Shown in pieces: positions 26,407 to 41,500 of a DNA stretch of 64,000 nucleotides. Position 1 is the first letter of the stretch, and every line of letters begins with the position of its first letter. Source of the stretch: a virus; IMG/VR virus record IMGVR_UViG_3300028625_000001, positions 32,001 to 96,000 of that record; one strand, given 5' to 3'. The translations under genes were made by a program, and so were the position numbers. Below the pieces are notes generated by a model. It did not search any database, was not told where the DNA came from, and saw only the letters and a program-made list of their open reading frames with translations.

Positions 26407-29400
26407 CGTATATAGGGACTCAGAATTTCTTCAATCTAAAGTATAAGGTCGAAGTATATGATGGTGCTTCTTGGGTAGAAGTCCGCCTGGGGACAGGGAC
26501 TCTCGACAGAGACGTCGATTATATCTCTTCGACTCTAACTCTTCAAGGGATAGACGGTGCTTATTGGTATAGAAACTCCGACCCTATTCTGGGAGCCGAT
26601 GATGAGCCTTTATTGAAGGCTGGAAGACGGATAAGGGTAATGAGAATTTGGGGCAAGACCAACCCAATAAGCGAACAACGTTTCGTCGGCTATATAGGGA
26701 CGCCGAAATACGATGCAAAAACAAGAAAAGTCTCTGTAGAGGCTTATTGTGATCTATATTGGGTCTTAAGGTCGGAAGTCGTCTTCGATACGATTAATAG
26801 AAACAACAGCACTAAACGGGTCGTTTCTTTCAATGGAGCTTATGATGAAACTAAGACTTTACTGTATTCAGAGACGACTAATTGGTATGACTTTGCGGGG
26901 CCTACCGGCGGCTTAATTCGCCCGCGGATACAACTTACCATTCCTTCGGCTTATTCTACAAAGCCTTATATATTAGGAAGACTATCCAATATAAAGCTTG
27001 AGATAAAGAACCCCGGCCCATTTCTGAACGATCAGGTCAATATAGAGATGACTACCTTTCTTTATGTCAATGGAGATGAAGACGCACGCGTAGCGGAAGT
27101 GAAGACGACCATCAATAAGTCCGCAAAACCGAATGATGTAATAGAAATTTCCCTGGGGGATATCTCCTTCGCGCTAACTTCTTATCCTAGTCAAATACAT
27201 CTTGGTGCGGATTTTGAACTGCTTGAAGGTTGTGCAATTTTCACTTCTTTAATCCCTGGCCTGGGGAATATCCTTGCGGGCTGTCTTTATAGATATAGCT
27301 ATGATCTGTTTATCACGGGGTATGAAACGACAGACGACATAATAACAGTAGATAAAACGGTAGTTGGAGACGGAATAGTCTTGACTATACAAGACTCATC
27401 AGGCAGTCCGAAAACGATAGATGAGTCTATGTTCGTGGGCGTAAAGATCCTTTCCCCATTCATAAACCCAAAGACAAAAGATTGGTTCACTACAGAAGAA
27501 TTGACAGATGAACAGCCGACTCCGACAGGGCTTATATCGGAAAAGGAGGTCCTGCCGGGGGACCAGGGCTTTGTTTTGGGTGCACTAAAGGGACAGATCA
27601 TTTTACCAAGCACAACAATTCCCAATCATATAAGAGATTACGTAGTCTATCAGAAAGAATGGCTTCTCTCAGACATTATAAAGAACGCCATTATCACGGC
27701 TTATCTCATAGATTCCAACTATTCCCTTCAAGAACTCCTGACCGATCTATTGACCAGGAGCGGCGCGAGCAACTTGAGCCTAACCTCCACTTATCCTACT
27801 CTTGTAAAGGTTGGAAGCTATTCGATCGCTAAGAGGACGAAGTTTGAAGATATTCTACGCGAGCTGAAGGGCGGCGTCTTGCCGCGGAGTTATGTCCTTT
27901 ATTCCGATACGAGCGGACAGGTCAAAGACGATGTTTATTCCGTTTCTTCTGCAAGTCTAAGACAGTTTTCAAGGGCAAAAAACAGGACCCCCGCGGAGAG
28001 ATCCCCCGACGAGCTGGTGACTGCCTATCAGATAACGGTAGGTAAGGTAGACTCCTTAGAAATACTGAAAAATAAGTCGTACTATGTCGGATTAGACTCG
28101 GATAATGAATCTTTTCTAAAGTCGGTCAACAACTATGGAGATTCCTTATTCGAAAAAGACTTGGGTGGAGAGACAACATTATACGCCTTCTTACAACCGG
28201 ACGTCATTCCAAGATACATCGATCTTCAGTTCGAATATATTCAGAACGACGATCCTGTAGAAGTTTCGTCTCAAGTATTCGTAGCTCTTTGGGAAGACTT
28301 GATGGACCTGTCAGGTCCTCTTTCTTTCAGCGATCTCCCCTGGAAGAATGTCGGCGGGCAAGGCAGCAACACTTATCTCGGGAGTGGATTAAGTACGATA
28401 GATATAAGCGGGATGATAAGCAGACCGGTAGCAGCGATTAAGATCGTCCTTGACATAAAAGGAACGGTAGCCTTCAAAAGGTGGTTCCTATACGAGGACA
28501 CAGAGACTAAGCACGTTGAGCTCTCCCCTTATCCGCAAAATGTCCCTGTAAAAGTTGCTAAATATGTTTGGAATGGAGACGAAGAACCGACGGGTGACGA
28601 CGTATCAAATATTGCAGCGACCGGATATATTGACCCGATACCAGGTTCTACGACCTATAAATTGATAGCCACAAAACACTTCCTTTATTCTCCATCATTA
28701 AGCAGGTTCGAGATAGATACCGATAGACCTGTGGTAGGAACCTCGAATAAAAACATCCTATTGCCCTATGAAGGACTTGCCGTATCAAACGAGAAGTATA
28801 TGGCAGCGCCTTTTGCCGACAACTGCAACCGGAACGAGGCACAATACGGTCTTGCTTGCGGAATATTCAAGGCTCGCGGAGAAGGATTGCCCAGAGCGAC
28901 GATAAGTCAGATAGATGTCTGGAGAGTCGGTCATATGGCAGACCAGGAACAATACACTTTCCCGACAAAAGGCGACCTCTCCGGGACTCCGAAAGGAGTC
29001 TTGATATTTACCAACGAGTCTTCCGACGACTCGGGAATAGACCATGACATAATATATATAGAGTCGGCCAATATGACTTATACAGCTAAAAAAATAAGCT
29101 TCACTCTACCGACGATGGTTCATATATTGTTGGTGTCAAGCAACCTTCCGGGAGTTTTAGATAAGAAGGTCAATGCTATTGCGGCTTTCAACTATACTTC
29201 ATCGCAAATCCCCTATATCTCCAGAGATTTAGGCAGAAACGACGCTTTCTTGGTGGATGACGGGATAATGCGATATCTCATGACTTATGCCGCGTTTGAT
29301 ACTATTACTTTCAATAAAGAGTCTTGTCCGGTTACGGTCCCTATAGACGATTCGGGCAATATTGTTGATTTCTTAGATCGAGTCGATATCTATGACCCCG

Positions 29401-29501
29401 ACCTTGATGATTATGTAGCGTCGGTAGTCCTGGCAACGCGAGAAAACTTCAGCGGGGAGTCGATAACGTTCAATTTTGATTTTGGCGTTTTGATTGAATA
29501 A
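26403..29501 (+). CDS. large tail or baseplate-hub-like protein (1032 aa)
   Basis: Lies between the tape measure and the fibre. No catalytic motif recognised. Confidence 0.55.
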   Translation: MTYIGTQNFFNLKYKVEVYDGASWVEVRLGTGTLDRDVDYISSTLTLQGIDGAYWYRNSDPILGADDEPLLKAGRRIRVMRIWGKTNPISEQRFVGYIGTPKYDAKTRKVSVEAYCDLYWVLRSEVVFDTINRNNSTKRVVSFNGAYDETKTLLYSETTNWYDFAGPTGGLIRPRIQLTIPSAYSTKPYILGRLSNIKLEIKNPGPFLNDQVNIEMTTFLYVNGDEDARVAEVKTTINKSAKPNDVIEISLGDISFALTSYPSQIHLGADFELLEGCAIFTSLIPGLGNILAGCLYRYSYDLFITGYETTDDIITVDKTVVGDGIVLTIQDSSGSPKTIDESMFVGVKILSPFINPKTKDWFTTEELTDEQPTPTGLISEKEVLPGDQGFVLGALKGQIILPSTTIPNHIRDYVVYQKEWLLSDIIKNAIITAYLIDSNYSLQELLTDLLTRSGASNLSLTSTYPTLVKVGSYSIAKRTKFEDILRELKGGVLPRSYVLYSDTSGQVKDDVYSVSSASLRQFSRAKNRTPAERSPDELVTAYQITVGKVDSLEILKNKSYYVGLDSDNESFLKSVNNYGDSLFEKDLGGETTLYAFLQPDVIPRYIDLQFEYIQNDDPVEVSSQVFVALWEDLMDLSGPLSFSDLPWKNVGGQGSNTYLGSGLSTIDISGMISRPVAAIKIVLDIKGTVAFKRWFLYEDTETKHVELSPYPQNVPVKVAKYVWNGDEEPTGDDVSNIAATGYIDPIPGSTTYKLIATKHFLYSPSLSRFEIDTDRPVVGTSNKNILLPYEGLAVSNEKYMAAPFADNCNRNEAQYGLACGIFKARGEGLPRATISQIDVWRVGHMADQEQYTFPTKGDLSGTPKGVLIFTNESSDDSGIDHDIIYIESANMTYTAKKISFTLPTMVHILLVSSNLPGVLDKKVNAIAAFNYTSSQIPYISRDLGRNDAFLVDDGIMRYLMTYAAFDTITFNKESCPVTVPIDDSGNIVDFLDRVDIYDPDLDDYVASVVLATRENFSGESITFNFDFGVLIE

Positions 29502-29514
29502 GGGGGGATGGGTA

Positions 29515-32500
29515 ATGAACACCCTTGATAAATATGTTCAAAAACATATAGTGAAATACAGTGGCGCAGGCCCGATAAGTAAAGGCGGCGGGGCTTCTTC
29601 TAATCTATCTATGAGTCTTGACACTGCCGCACTCGCGGGCAGGATAGACGATATTGAAGAACAACTCAAGCTGATTGCCGCATCTCTTAAGAATTATCAT
29701 ACGCTTTCAATTACTTTCGAGAATATAGACCTCCCACTGGTAGATATACATGTCAGCGGAGGAATGGCGGTCTTAAGTGGCTATACAGAAGTTATACCTG
29801 AGACTACGATAACCGTAGACACTTCTTTGTGGGTTGCAGGAGTCAACAAGTATATCGTTTGGTATAACGGGACGATCGTTGTTGCCGATGAAATACTTGA
29901 GGGATATAAGTTACTTGCCTACATAATAATTCCCGAAGATTGGGACGGAACGGTAAGTAATTCATATAAAGACGGCGCGGCTTATATTTCTATTGCCGGA
30001 CCGATAGATGAACTCGATCCCTATTATGGAGAGGTACTGATCCTTGAGCTCGATGCGGAGGCCGGTCCTTTCTTCTGTATTGTCCATGCTTCGTGGGACC
30101 CCCTTGGATCTCCCGATGTTTCTCACTATATCCTTTCTTATACAATAGACGGGAATAACTGGGAGAATATAAGCACGGCGAACCCCGCGGCAAGCTTCGA
30201 GGCCCCGCACAACATCCAAGTCGCAGCCAAGGTCCAGGCCGTGTTCAATAATGGAAGAAAAACTCATTGGTCGGCGACAGAAATTATTCAGACCCCCGGC
30301 GACGACACCATTCCCCTGCCTGTAACAGGTCTTGAGGTCACAAGTCAGTTTGGAATAATTAAAGCTATCTGGGATGAGAGTACAGATATAGACTTTGATA
30401 CGTTTGAAATACAGGTAGCTAGAGACGATCAATTCACAGACCCGGAAGTCACTTTTACCACAAACACCAGCTATGCCTTTGCGGGAGAACCGGAAGCTAC
30501 TTACTATATAAGGGTAAGAGTTATAGACTACTCTAGCAATACTTCTTTGTGGTCTGACACTATAGAGATTGAAACGGTTATGGGCGACGGGAATACTCCC
30601 GCGGCCCCCACTGGGCTAACCCTCGTCCCAATTCTTGAAGACGAGACTTCATACATAACTGCTACGTGGGATAGGAACGAAGAATTAGATATAGTCAGTT
30701 ATGAATTAGCTATCAGCTATGACCAGACTAATTGGGTAGACTACCAGACGCCAAAAACAACCAAGACCATAGAAGTAGTCGGCGGAGTCACCCTTTACGC
30801 AAAAGTAAGGGCTTTAGACAATGAGGGGTTAGTCTCTGCATGGTCCGATATTGTAGAAACAACCACAGCACATGACACTGAAGCGCCTAATATTCCAGTA
30901 GGATTAACTATTACCAATAGTTTTGGTATAGTGTACTTTACCTGGACTGCCAATGGAGAAGCCGACTTTAGTCATTATATAATTCAGATATCTCAAACCG
31001 ATCAATTCTCTACCTATGACGAGGTTATCCAAAGGACAAATAGCTATAGTTTCTCAGGAATCCCGGGGACAACTTATTATGTAAGAATTAAGTCTGTGGA
31101 TTACTCCGGGAATGAGTCAGACTGGTCTTCAATCGCAAGCACGACGGTAACAGCCGGAGACGGGCAGCCGCCCGCGACCCCCACGGGGCTTAGTCTGACA
31201 ACCTATCTTCAATCTTATAGCAGCTATATAGAAGCGACATGGGATGAGAACGAAGAGGTAGACTTACTCGGTTATCAAATAGCCTGGTCGCTCGACCAGT
31301 TGAAATGGAATATACTGTCTGTCAATTCTCCAGAAGCAAATTTTTCTGTCCCGGGCAACAGCACAATCTATGTTAAGGTCAAAGCGCTTGATGTCGAAGG
31401 GTTGGCCTCTCAATGGAGCGACGCAGAAAGCATAACCAGCACAGAGGACGAAGAAGCCCCGGCAACCCCCGTTCTCTTATCAAACATTCCCCTTTACGCT
31501 AGGGCGTTGATAGAGATAGAAGAGCAGGAAGAGTCAGACTTTAGTCACTTTCTTGTCTCTTATAAAGATAGGAGCTTTACGACTTCTACAACCAACATCG
31601 AGATTCCCCTAGACCCTGGAGAATCAGGGGTGTCCGTCTCTATTAAAGCCGTCGATCTTAGCGGAAACGAGTCCCCGGCACTCGCGGTGTCCGCCTCCGC
31701 CAGAACATTGTCGGAAGCTGAAGAAGAGTTCTTTGAACTAATCAACAAGGTTCATGGAGGATCTACCAATACAGAGACTATAGCCTATATAACCGACGAT
31801 CTGGTAGACCATATGAACATCACAAAGCCGACGGCTTTTGATCGCTCCGGGCTACTTAAAGACGATGTATACGACACTATCGACAGGATAGACAACATAG
31901 ATTATGGAGATTTAACCCTCCCGATGGAAAGCGTCTTTGAGAGAATCGATACCGATTTTATAAGTGTCGGCAGCTCACTATTCGAGGCCCGCTCAAAGAT
32001 ATTCGATATAGAGATCGGTGGAGAAATAAAGAATATAGACGAGTGGGTCGGAGTAATAAACACCGACGTTTCAGATATTACAACCAGGATAGACTTCATA
32101 AACTATGGCGAACTGACAGGGACAATAGAAACCGTTCTCGGTTCCGTTTATTCGAATGTCTCCGCTATATCCGAGAAAATCTACGACATAGTTATCGGAG
32201 AAATAACTCTTGATATAGATGAATGGATAGACCAGATCAATAGTGATCTATCGGGAGTTATGACAAGAATAAATGCGGTAGTCTATGGCTCTCTTACCGA
32301 CACTATTGAAGATGTCCTCGCCGCCGTGCATGGAGATATATCAGGGATAGAGACAAAGGTTTTCGACATTGAGATCGGCGAAGTAACTCACGACATAGAT
32401 GAGTGGATGGGGTTGCTTAACGGAGACGTCGCGGGAATTATCAGCCGCCTTGAGAATGTGTCATATAACGAAACCATAGACACGATCGAGACGCAGATCG

Positions 32501-35500
32501 CCGCAATAGCCCTCGACATCAACGGGTTAAGCTCAATCGTCTATGACATTACAATAGACGAAACGACTCAAGATGTGAATCAATGGATCTCCACCTTGAG
32601 CCAAAGGGCAGATTCCATCGAACTATCCATCTCTGGGATAAGCCAGACTGTAGGTGAGCACACTTCTTCAATTTCGCAAATGTCTATCGATATAAGCGGG
32701 ATTGAAGCCGTGGTGTATAACATAACCATTGATACCGTTACTCAAGATGTAGACCAGTGGGTTACGCAAATCAAGCAAGAGGCAGACGCTATCACCTTGC
32801 GGCTGGATCACGTCGTCATCGACGAAGACGATCAAACTCTTGAGCAACACGTATCTCAAATAAAGCTTGACATTTCGGGAATAGAATCGGTTGTCTATGA
32901 TATAACGATTGATACTGTTACGCAGGATATAAATCAGTGGGTTTCCACCCTTAGCCAAAGGTCAGATTCAATAGAGCTATCGGTCCAGGGACTTTCTCAA
33001 ACTGTAGGCGAACATTCCAGCTCGCTATCTCAATTAACCATAGACGTCAGTGGAATAGAGGGAGTCGTTTACAACATCCAGATTGGAGAAGATGCTCAAG
33101 ATGTTGACCAATGGATCTCTACTCTCAGCCAAAGAGCCGACTCTATCGAGTTATCTGTGTCTGGTTTGAGTTCAGATGTCGGGGAGAACTCAGCGAGTAT
33201 CAGTCAATTAGTCATTGATGTAAGCGGGATCGAGGGTGTCGTCTATGATATTACGGTGGGGGAAGCCACACAAAACGTTGACCAGTGGGTTTCTCAGATA
33301 AAACAGGAAGCCGACGCAATTACCCTTAGATTAGACCATGTCGTTATTGACGAAGACGATCTGACTCTCGAACAACACGTTTCCCAGATAAAACTAGATA
33401 TAAACGGCATAGAGTCAGTTGTCTACGATATTCAAATTGGGGAAACTACTCAAGACATTAATCAGTGGATATCTACTCTTAGTCAAAGAGCGGATTCTAT
33501 AGAGCTTAATGTGTCTGGCCTATCTCAAACAGTCAGCACGCATACAACAAATATCAGCTCGCTTCAGTTAGACGTAAGCGGGATTGAAGCAATAGTCAAA
33601 GATATTACCATCGGCACCGTTACTCAAGATGTAAATGAATGGGTAAGCCAGATAAAACAAGAAGCCGACGCCATCACTTTGAGGCTAGATAATGTAGTGG
33701 TGGACGAATCAACAAAGACAGTAGAACAACATCTCTCTCAGATCGTTTTAGATATAGATGGGATAGAGGCTATTGTTAAAGACATAACCATTGATGAAGT
33801 TACACAAGATGTTGATTTGTGGATCTCAACACTTAGCCAGAGAGCCGATTCAATTGAATTGTCGGTTCAGACCGTTAGCCAGACAGTAGAAGGACACACA
33901 ACAACGATATCCCAACTTTCAATAGATGTCAGCGGAATAGAAGGGATCGTCTACAACATCGAGATCGGAGAGGATCAATACGATGTCGATCAATGGATAT
34001 CGGTCCTCAGCCAGCGGGCAGACTCTATTGAGCTGTCTGTAACCAACCTAAGTGGTGATGTAGGAACTAATACGGCAAGCATTGGGCAGCTTACTATAGA
34101 CGTCGAAGGTATAAAAACCCTTGTTTATGATGTTACGGTCGGTGATGTTACTCATGATATAGATGAGTGGTTAAGTGCCCTTTCCCAGGAAGATATTTCC
34201 ATTAAACAGGATTTAGAGGCCGCGGCGCTGGCCCTGAGAAGTAAAATAGAGTCAGAGTTCACCAATGCAGAAACAGTATTGTATATTGTCGGAGATCCGC
34301 TTGACCATCAGACAGACACAGCGCCCATTAACTATGATAGAACAACTTCTATCTTCGACATAACTTACGACACCTTTGAAAGGCTCAATAACTTCGAGAT
34401 AGACGGGGTTACAGGGACAATAGAGTATTGGGCCAGTAGCATAAGCCAGACTACTCAAAATATTACCCTTAGAATAGACGGCATAGTCTATGATGGTGAG
34501 CAAAAGACTCTTGAACAAGCCTTTAGTGCAATAGAGATGAATATAGACGGCATAACTTCTACTGTCTATGACCTTGAGATCGACGGCACCACACAAAACA
34601 TCGATCAGTGGGTCTCCCAAATAAAACAGGAAACAGATAACATCACATTCCGACTGGATCACTTTGTTATAGACCAGGAAGATATGACCGCGGAGCAACA
34701 CGTTTCACAGTTGAAGTTAAGCATAGACGGCTTAGAGTCGGTTGTGTACTCGATTCAAGTCGATGAAATAACCCAAGACGTCGATTTATGGATCTCCACT
34801 TTAAGTCAAAGGGCCGACGGAATAGAGCTCAATGTTTCTACTCTTTCCAGCACAGTAGATGGTCATACAAGTAGTATCAGCTCCATTCAGTTGGATGTAG
34901 GCGCAATAGAACTGATTGTAAAAGACATAACTGTAGACGAAACGACTCAAGATGCCGACGAATGGATATCTCAGATCAAGCAAGAAGCTGACGCTATCAC
35001 TTTAAGACTTGACCATGTCATCATAGACGAAGATGACCAAACTTTTGAGCAACACATAAGCCAGTTCCGATTAGATATCGACGGAATAACCTCTATAGTC
35101 ACCGATATAACTGTTGGAGAAGAGACTCAAGATGTTGACCAATGGGTTTCTACCCTCAGTCAGAGAGCGGATTCAATAGAATTAAGTATTACCGGGCTCA
35201 CTTCAGACGTGGGGACAAATACTTCTAACATATCGCAACTTCTAATAGATGTTTCCGGTATCGAATTGATCGTAAAATCCCATACAATTGGCGAAACGAC
35301 TCAAGACCTTGACTTATGGGTTACGCAAATCAAGCAAGAGGCAGACGCTATCACGCTTAGATTAGATGGCATCGAGATTGACGAAGAGACTAAGACTATA
35401 GAACAACATCTTGCTCAAATAGTCCTGGATATTGATGGTATCGAGTCTATTGTTTACAACATCACCATAGGCGAAGACCAGTATGATGTCGATGGCTGGA

Positions 35501-38500
35501 TCTCTGTATTAAGCCAGCGCGCGGACGCTATCGAACTATCGGTATCTACCCTTGAAGACAATACGACGACTTCGCTATCTGCTTTAAGCATACAAGTCGG
35601 TGAGATCGAGGCTATTGTCTATGATATAGAAATTGGAGAAGATACCTATGATGTGAAAGAATGGGTAACTCTCCTGAAGCAGACAACAAATAGTATTTCT
35701 CTTGCTGTTGAAGGACTTGAAACCGATCTTGGAACTGCCGAATCAAACATCTCGCAGCTTCAAATTAGTGTCGGGTCAATTTCCTCAATAGTCCAGAATG
35801 TCGAGATCGAAGGAGTAACGAAAAACCTTGACGTCTGGGTGTCTGAGGTTAAACAAACTGCCGAAGGAATACTGGCGCGGGTAGACGCCATTTCCTACAA
35901 TGGGGAAGAGGGCACTATTGAAGAGCAGTTCGCCGCGCTATCGCTTGATATTTCTGGATTATCCTCAAAAGTCTACTCGATCAATATAGATGGAAACGTT
36001 CAGGATATAGACGAATGGTTAGCCACCCTCAATACTCAAGATGAAACTCTTGAAGAGTCTATAGACGACGCCGTAGATAGCTTAAGGATAAAGATAAACT
36101 CAGAGTTTGCCGATGCCAGCACCTTAATGTATATTGCCGGAGACCTTCAGGACCATCAATCTCTTCTATCACCTATTAGTTATGACAGGGTAGATTCTAT
36201 ATTTGATGTTGCATATAACACTCTCGATAGACTAAACCTCTTTGAAGTCAACGGGATAACCGACACAATAGAGTATTGGGTGAGCAGCATTAACCAGACG
36301 GCAAACAATATAGAACTCAGGGTAGACGGCATAACTTATAATGGCGAGACAAAGACTCTTGAGCAAGCCTTCAGTGCAATAGAACTGGATATAGATGGGA
36401 TTACGTCAACAGTCTATAATATCGAGATCGACGGGACCACCCAGGACATCGATCAATGGATCTCCCAGATTAAACAAGAAGCGGACAACATCACCCTTAG
36501 ACTGGATCATGTGGTTATCGACGAGAACGATCAAACCCTTGAACAACATATCAGCCTTTTAAAGATTGATGTCGATGGCATAACTTCAATAGTTACCGAC
36601 ATCACCATTGATGAAGAAACCTATGATGTAAATCAGTGGGTATCGGTTTTGAGCCAGAGATCAGACGCTATAGAGTTGTCCGTGTCTACCCTTTCCGGGG
36701 ACGTCGCCTCGGCTATTTCTCAACTAACCATCGACGTAAGCGGTATAGAAGGCGTGGTTTATAATATCACGATTGATGAGACTACCCAAAACATCGATGA
36801 ATGGGTTTCTCAGATAAAACAAGAGGCAGATGCAATAACTCTTCGTCTCGACCACGTTGTCATCGGCGAGGACGACCAGACTCTCGAACAACATGTGTCT
36901 CAGATAAAGATAGATATTGGCGGAGTAGAATCGATTGTTTACGATATCCAAATCGGAGAAACTACCCAAGACGTCAATGAGTGGGTCTCTCAGATAAAAC
37001 AGGAATCTGACGCCATTGAATTAAGGGTCGAAACCGCGGAAGGAACTATAACATCTCATTCATCTTCCATTAGTTCATTAAACCTTTCGGTAGATGGCAT
37101 AGAAGCAGTCGTCTACAACATTGCAGTAGAAGAAGAAGGCGACACCCACGACGTAGACGAATGGCTTGCCTTATTCCATATTAGAGAAAATGCGATAGAG
37201 CTGTCTGTTACAAACCTTTCAACCACTGTATCTTCTAATACTCAATCCATCTCTTCTATTGAGGTTGACGTAGGCGCTATAGACTTAAGAGTCCAAACGG
37301 TTGAAAGCACCACATCAACCCACACGACACAAATCTCCGACCTCGACATTGCGCTAGGCACAATCACGGCGACAGTCGGGAGCATAGAAGATACGGTAGA
37401 TGGACATACAAGCAGTATAAGCCAAATAGAACTTGACATTAGTGGAATTACCAGCACGGTTCAAACGATAAGCGATACCGTGGGCGGCCATACTTCTCAG
37501 ATATCACAGATAAACCAGGATATAGGCTCTATAGAACTTGCCGTACAGGAAGTCGAAGAGGATGTCGGGACAAATACGTCAGCAATAGCCCAGATAGAAT
37601 TGAGTATTGACGGGATAACCACCTCAATAAGCACGTTGGAGACTACCGTCGGTGGACATACCTCTCAGATATCTCAAATTGAACTAGATATAGGGACAAT
37701 CGAACTAAGTGTATTGTCTATTTCTTCTACCGTAGGGCAACACACGATCGACATTTCGGCAATTAACGTCTCTCTCGGAGAGATAACTACAATTGTTGGG
37801 ACGATAGAAGAAGACCTCGACCAAGAAGGCGACCCCTTAACACAGACCTATAACTACTCTTTATTCCAGCAACTTGCCGATTCTATCGCTTTGAGAGTTG
37901 TCGCAGTTGATGAGTTTGGGGACCCGCAAGCCACGGAACTCATTATTGAAGACGGACTCGTAACTATCGCCGCGGACCAATTTAGAGTGCATGGCGACGC
38001 AATGATAAACGGGAGTGTCAGCGGCGATAAGCTCAAGGCAAACAGTGTTGAGACCAACAAGTTAATTGTTTGGCCCGACATACCCATAGACGACGAGACG
38101 GCGGAATATTGGGGGACTTCATTATTAGGCGCCCTGGGGATTACACTCCCCGACGGTATGGACGAGGTTACAAAAGAAAACCTAGCCGATCTACTTCCCC
38201 CAGGGACCATACTTGCCGAATATTTTGCAGTCGGTCAAAAGATGGTTGTCGGAAATAAGGTAGTTATCGAAAGGGACTTAGACGACTATGGTCATATGAC
38301 CGTCTTCGATAGCGACTATGAAATTGTCGTCAAAGTAGGAGAAAATGCGACTCCTGATGGCCGCGACGGAATGTTTATTAATACCGGCGGCGCTTTCCAA
38401 GTTGGTCAACTTGTAGATCCTAACTATCTAAGATACTATAACGGCATACTGACTATTAAAGGAGTAATAGAAGCTACCGGCGGTTTCTTCGATGAGGTTG

Positions 38501-41500
38501 TTTATGTCGGAGTCGAAGAAGGCGAGCGAATACTTCTTGATGGAGTTAATAAGCTGATAAGGTCTGAGAACTACCAGGCGGGAACTGCCGGGTTCGAATT
38601 GAACGGCGATGGTACTGCCGAGTTCAATAACATAACTGTCCGCGGGAGCGTCCACGCCAGCGAAGGTTCGATAGACGGTGTTATGACGATCGGAGATATA
38701 GAGATCGGAGTCGGAGTCAACGAAGGCGCGGGCACTGGCTGGTTCGTTGATGAGAATAATTACTGGTACTCTAATCTAGGTTTCTCAATAGGCAATGGCA
38801 CTACAAATAAGTTCCAGTATTCGCCGGAAGGCGGGCTAGAAATAGTTACCACTAAGATTTTAGTAGATATAGACGAGAACATCTTAATCGATAGTGAAAA
38901 CAAGGTTATTGCTATCGGTACGATGACCGGATTCGATACTGCCAGCGGGAACGGTGTCTTTACAGGAATGTATAATAGCAAGCCCTCTTTTAAGGTGGGG
39001 CAGAATGATCCCGACGGAGACCTTCAGAAAGGGATCTCTTATTATGACGGCGTCTTTAGCTTTATGGGAGCCGTTATATCTATGGAGAACCTTGATGACC
39101 CGACCCAAGAAGCGTTATCAGGCTATGAAGTAATGATCTCTCCCGCGGGAGATAGCGTCTATAATGACGGAACCACAAGAACTCCGGCATCAATAAACTT
39201 CACAGCGACGCTACTAAGAAAAGTAGATAACACATTAGTTTCAAGCGGACTCGCTTATTACTGGACTGTGGAAACCGATGGCGGTATAACCATACCATCC
39301 GGCGCGCTAACCGCAACGGCAACGGTCAATACGTCAAATATGACCGGTCCGTCGGTTATAAAAGTCAAAGTCACTTACCAGGAGAAAGACTATTATGGTT
39401 ATGCAAGTCTAGCCTATTCCGAAAAAGGAACCGGCGGAGACGATGCGGTGATCTACTGGCTTACTTCCAGTAAGGAGAAAGTAGTTTACAATCCGAACAC
39501 CGGGCAGTACGATGGAGGAGCGAGCTCAAGTATAGTCTTTACCGCAAAAGAAGCCGTTGGACAGGTTGTACAAAATAAGACTGGTTTATACTGGAAGGTC
39601 AACGGAGTTAATGCGGAACCTGACGCTAATGGTTATCAAAAGACTGTTGCGGTAAGCAGTCAGACTACAACGACGATAGAGATATATGCCGACTTTGCCA
39701 GAGAACAATTACTAGATACCTTTACTGTTCCTGTCATAACTGAAGGTTCTGACTCATACTCGATTATTCTGTCGAATGAACATCAGACAGTTGAGTCTAA
39801 TTATGACGGTACTTCTCCAACCCCTGCTAGTATCTCCACTCAGGTAAAGCTTTATAAGGGAACGACGGAGATAACTTCGTTTACAGTCGAGGCGACCGGA
39901 GCAACAGTAGATGGAAAAACAGTCACTGTAACTATCCCTTCTAGTTCTACTATGGCAGGTTCTCAAGACATAACCGTCAAAATAGACAGTACGATAATTG
40001 GCGTAAAAACTCTCACCTGGTCTAAGTCTCCGCAAGGAGAGCCGGGAATCGGCGGGGAAGATGCTCAAGCATTATTCCTTACGGCGGACGCTCAGATATT
40101 CAAGGCAGATCAGGACAACACAATCACCTCTGGAGATATTACTCTTGAAGCTTTCCTTCAGAATCTGTCCGGCACTATTACCTGGACTGCAAAGAACCAG
40201 AGTAATAATGACATCACACTAACCGGAACGGGGAGTACCAGAACCCTTACCGCAGCCAACTTTGGTGCAAGCGATTGGGTTAAGATAACTGTTTCTCTCG
40301 GTGGATTGAGCGATTCCATAACCATTGTCAGAGTTAAGGAAGGGTCTAATGCGATAGTAGGTTTCCTAACCAACGAGTCGCATAATGTGCCTTGTGACTC
40401 TGACGGTTCTAATCCAGACTTCACGGGAGCTTCTTCTATTCTTAAGATATTTAGGGGGAACACGCAAGAGACTTCTGGTTGGTCATGTTCCTGGTCTTTG
40501 ATTACAGGTACGGCGACCGGGCAGGCAAGTACGACAACCCTGACTAACGACACAATTACTATACAGTCGCTTTCAACCGACGTGGCCGTTTATAGATGTA
40601 CCGCCACGAAGTCCGGGCAATCATCAGTTGTAAAAGACTTTACCATAACTAAGTCTTATGCCGGAGACCCTGGAGATCCTGGCGCGGACGCGACATCTTA
40701 TTACATCACTTCAACAAAGGACAAGATTGTTTACGATCCCGGGACAGGGCAGTATGACGGCGGGGCCACAACAACCGTTACCCTCTCTGGTTGGAGAAAG
40801 GAAGGCACTAACTCTCCACAGGCGACAAGCTTCTACTGGAAACGGGGAGCAACTGCTTTAGGAGCAGCCACATCCAAAACAATTACCGTGCCTACCGATA
40901 CAAGTTCTTCATTCACAATGACAGCTTATATCGATTCTAGTTACACCTATCTAGCGGCCTCCTTTACTGTCGCTATCGTTGCTTCTGGCGAACCCGGAGA
41001 CCCTGGTGGAGACGGAGTGACAAGATATATTTCCGCGACAAAGGATAAGGTAGTCTATGACCCGAACACGGGGTTATACGATGGTTCGGCTTCGACAACA
41101 ATAACGTTTACGGCCAAAAAGGTAGTTGGTGACGGAAGCCCTGCTAACGAGACAGTTTACTGGAAAAGAGGGAGTAGCGCATTAGGTTCTGGCACGAGCA
41201 AATCGGTGGTTGTGCCGACGGATACGAACACCTCATTTACTATGTATACTTATGCGGACTCGGGTTATACCATACTTTTGAGTTCGTTTACGGTATCGGT
41301 AGTTACTTCCGGGGCCAGTATCTACGCCTTGCCGACGGCAAGTGCTTATCACGTAGAATACAACGGTTCGTCTTACTCGCCGTCCTCAGTAACCATCACT
41401 CCGGCATTGAAACAGGGTACAACTTCATTGTCTTTTACCAACTGGAGGATTAAGTATATAAACATCAGTGGGGACTTAATAACGATCAATAGGAGTACGT

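Noticed and set aside
31740-37830. Highly regular repeats of about 170-180 nt that could superficially suggest a CRISPR-like or satellite array
   Set aside because: The repeats are in-frame inside one uninterrupted 13.5-kb ORF. They have no unique spacers or short palindromic repeat units, and they are conserved at the protein level. They are coding tandem repeats.
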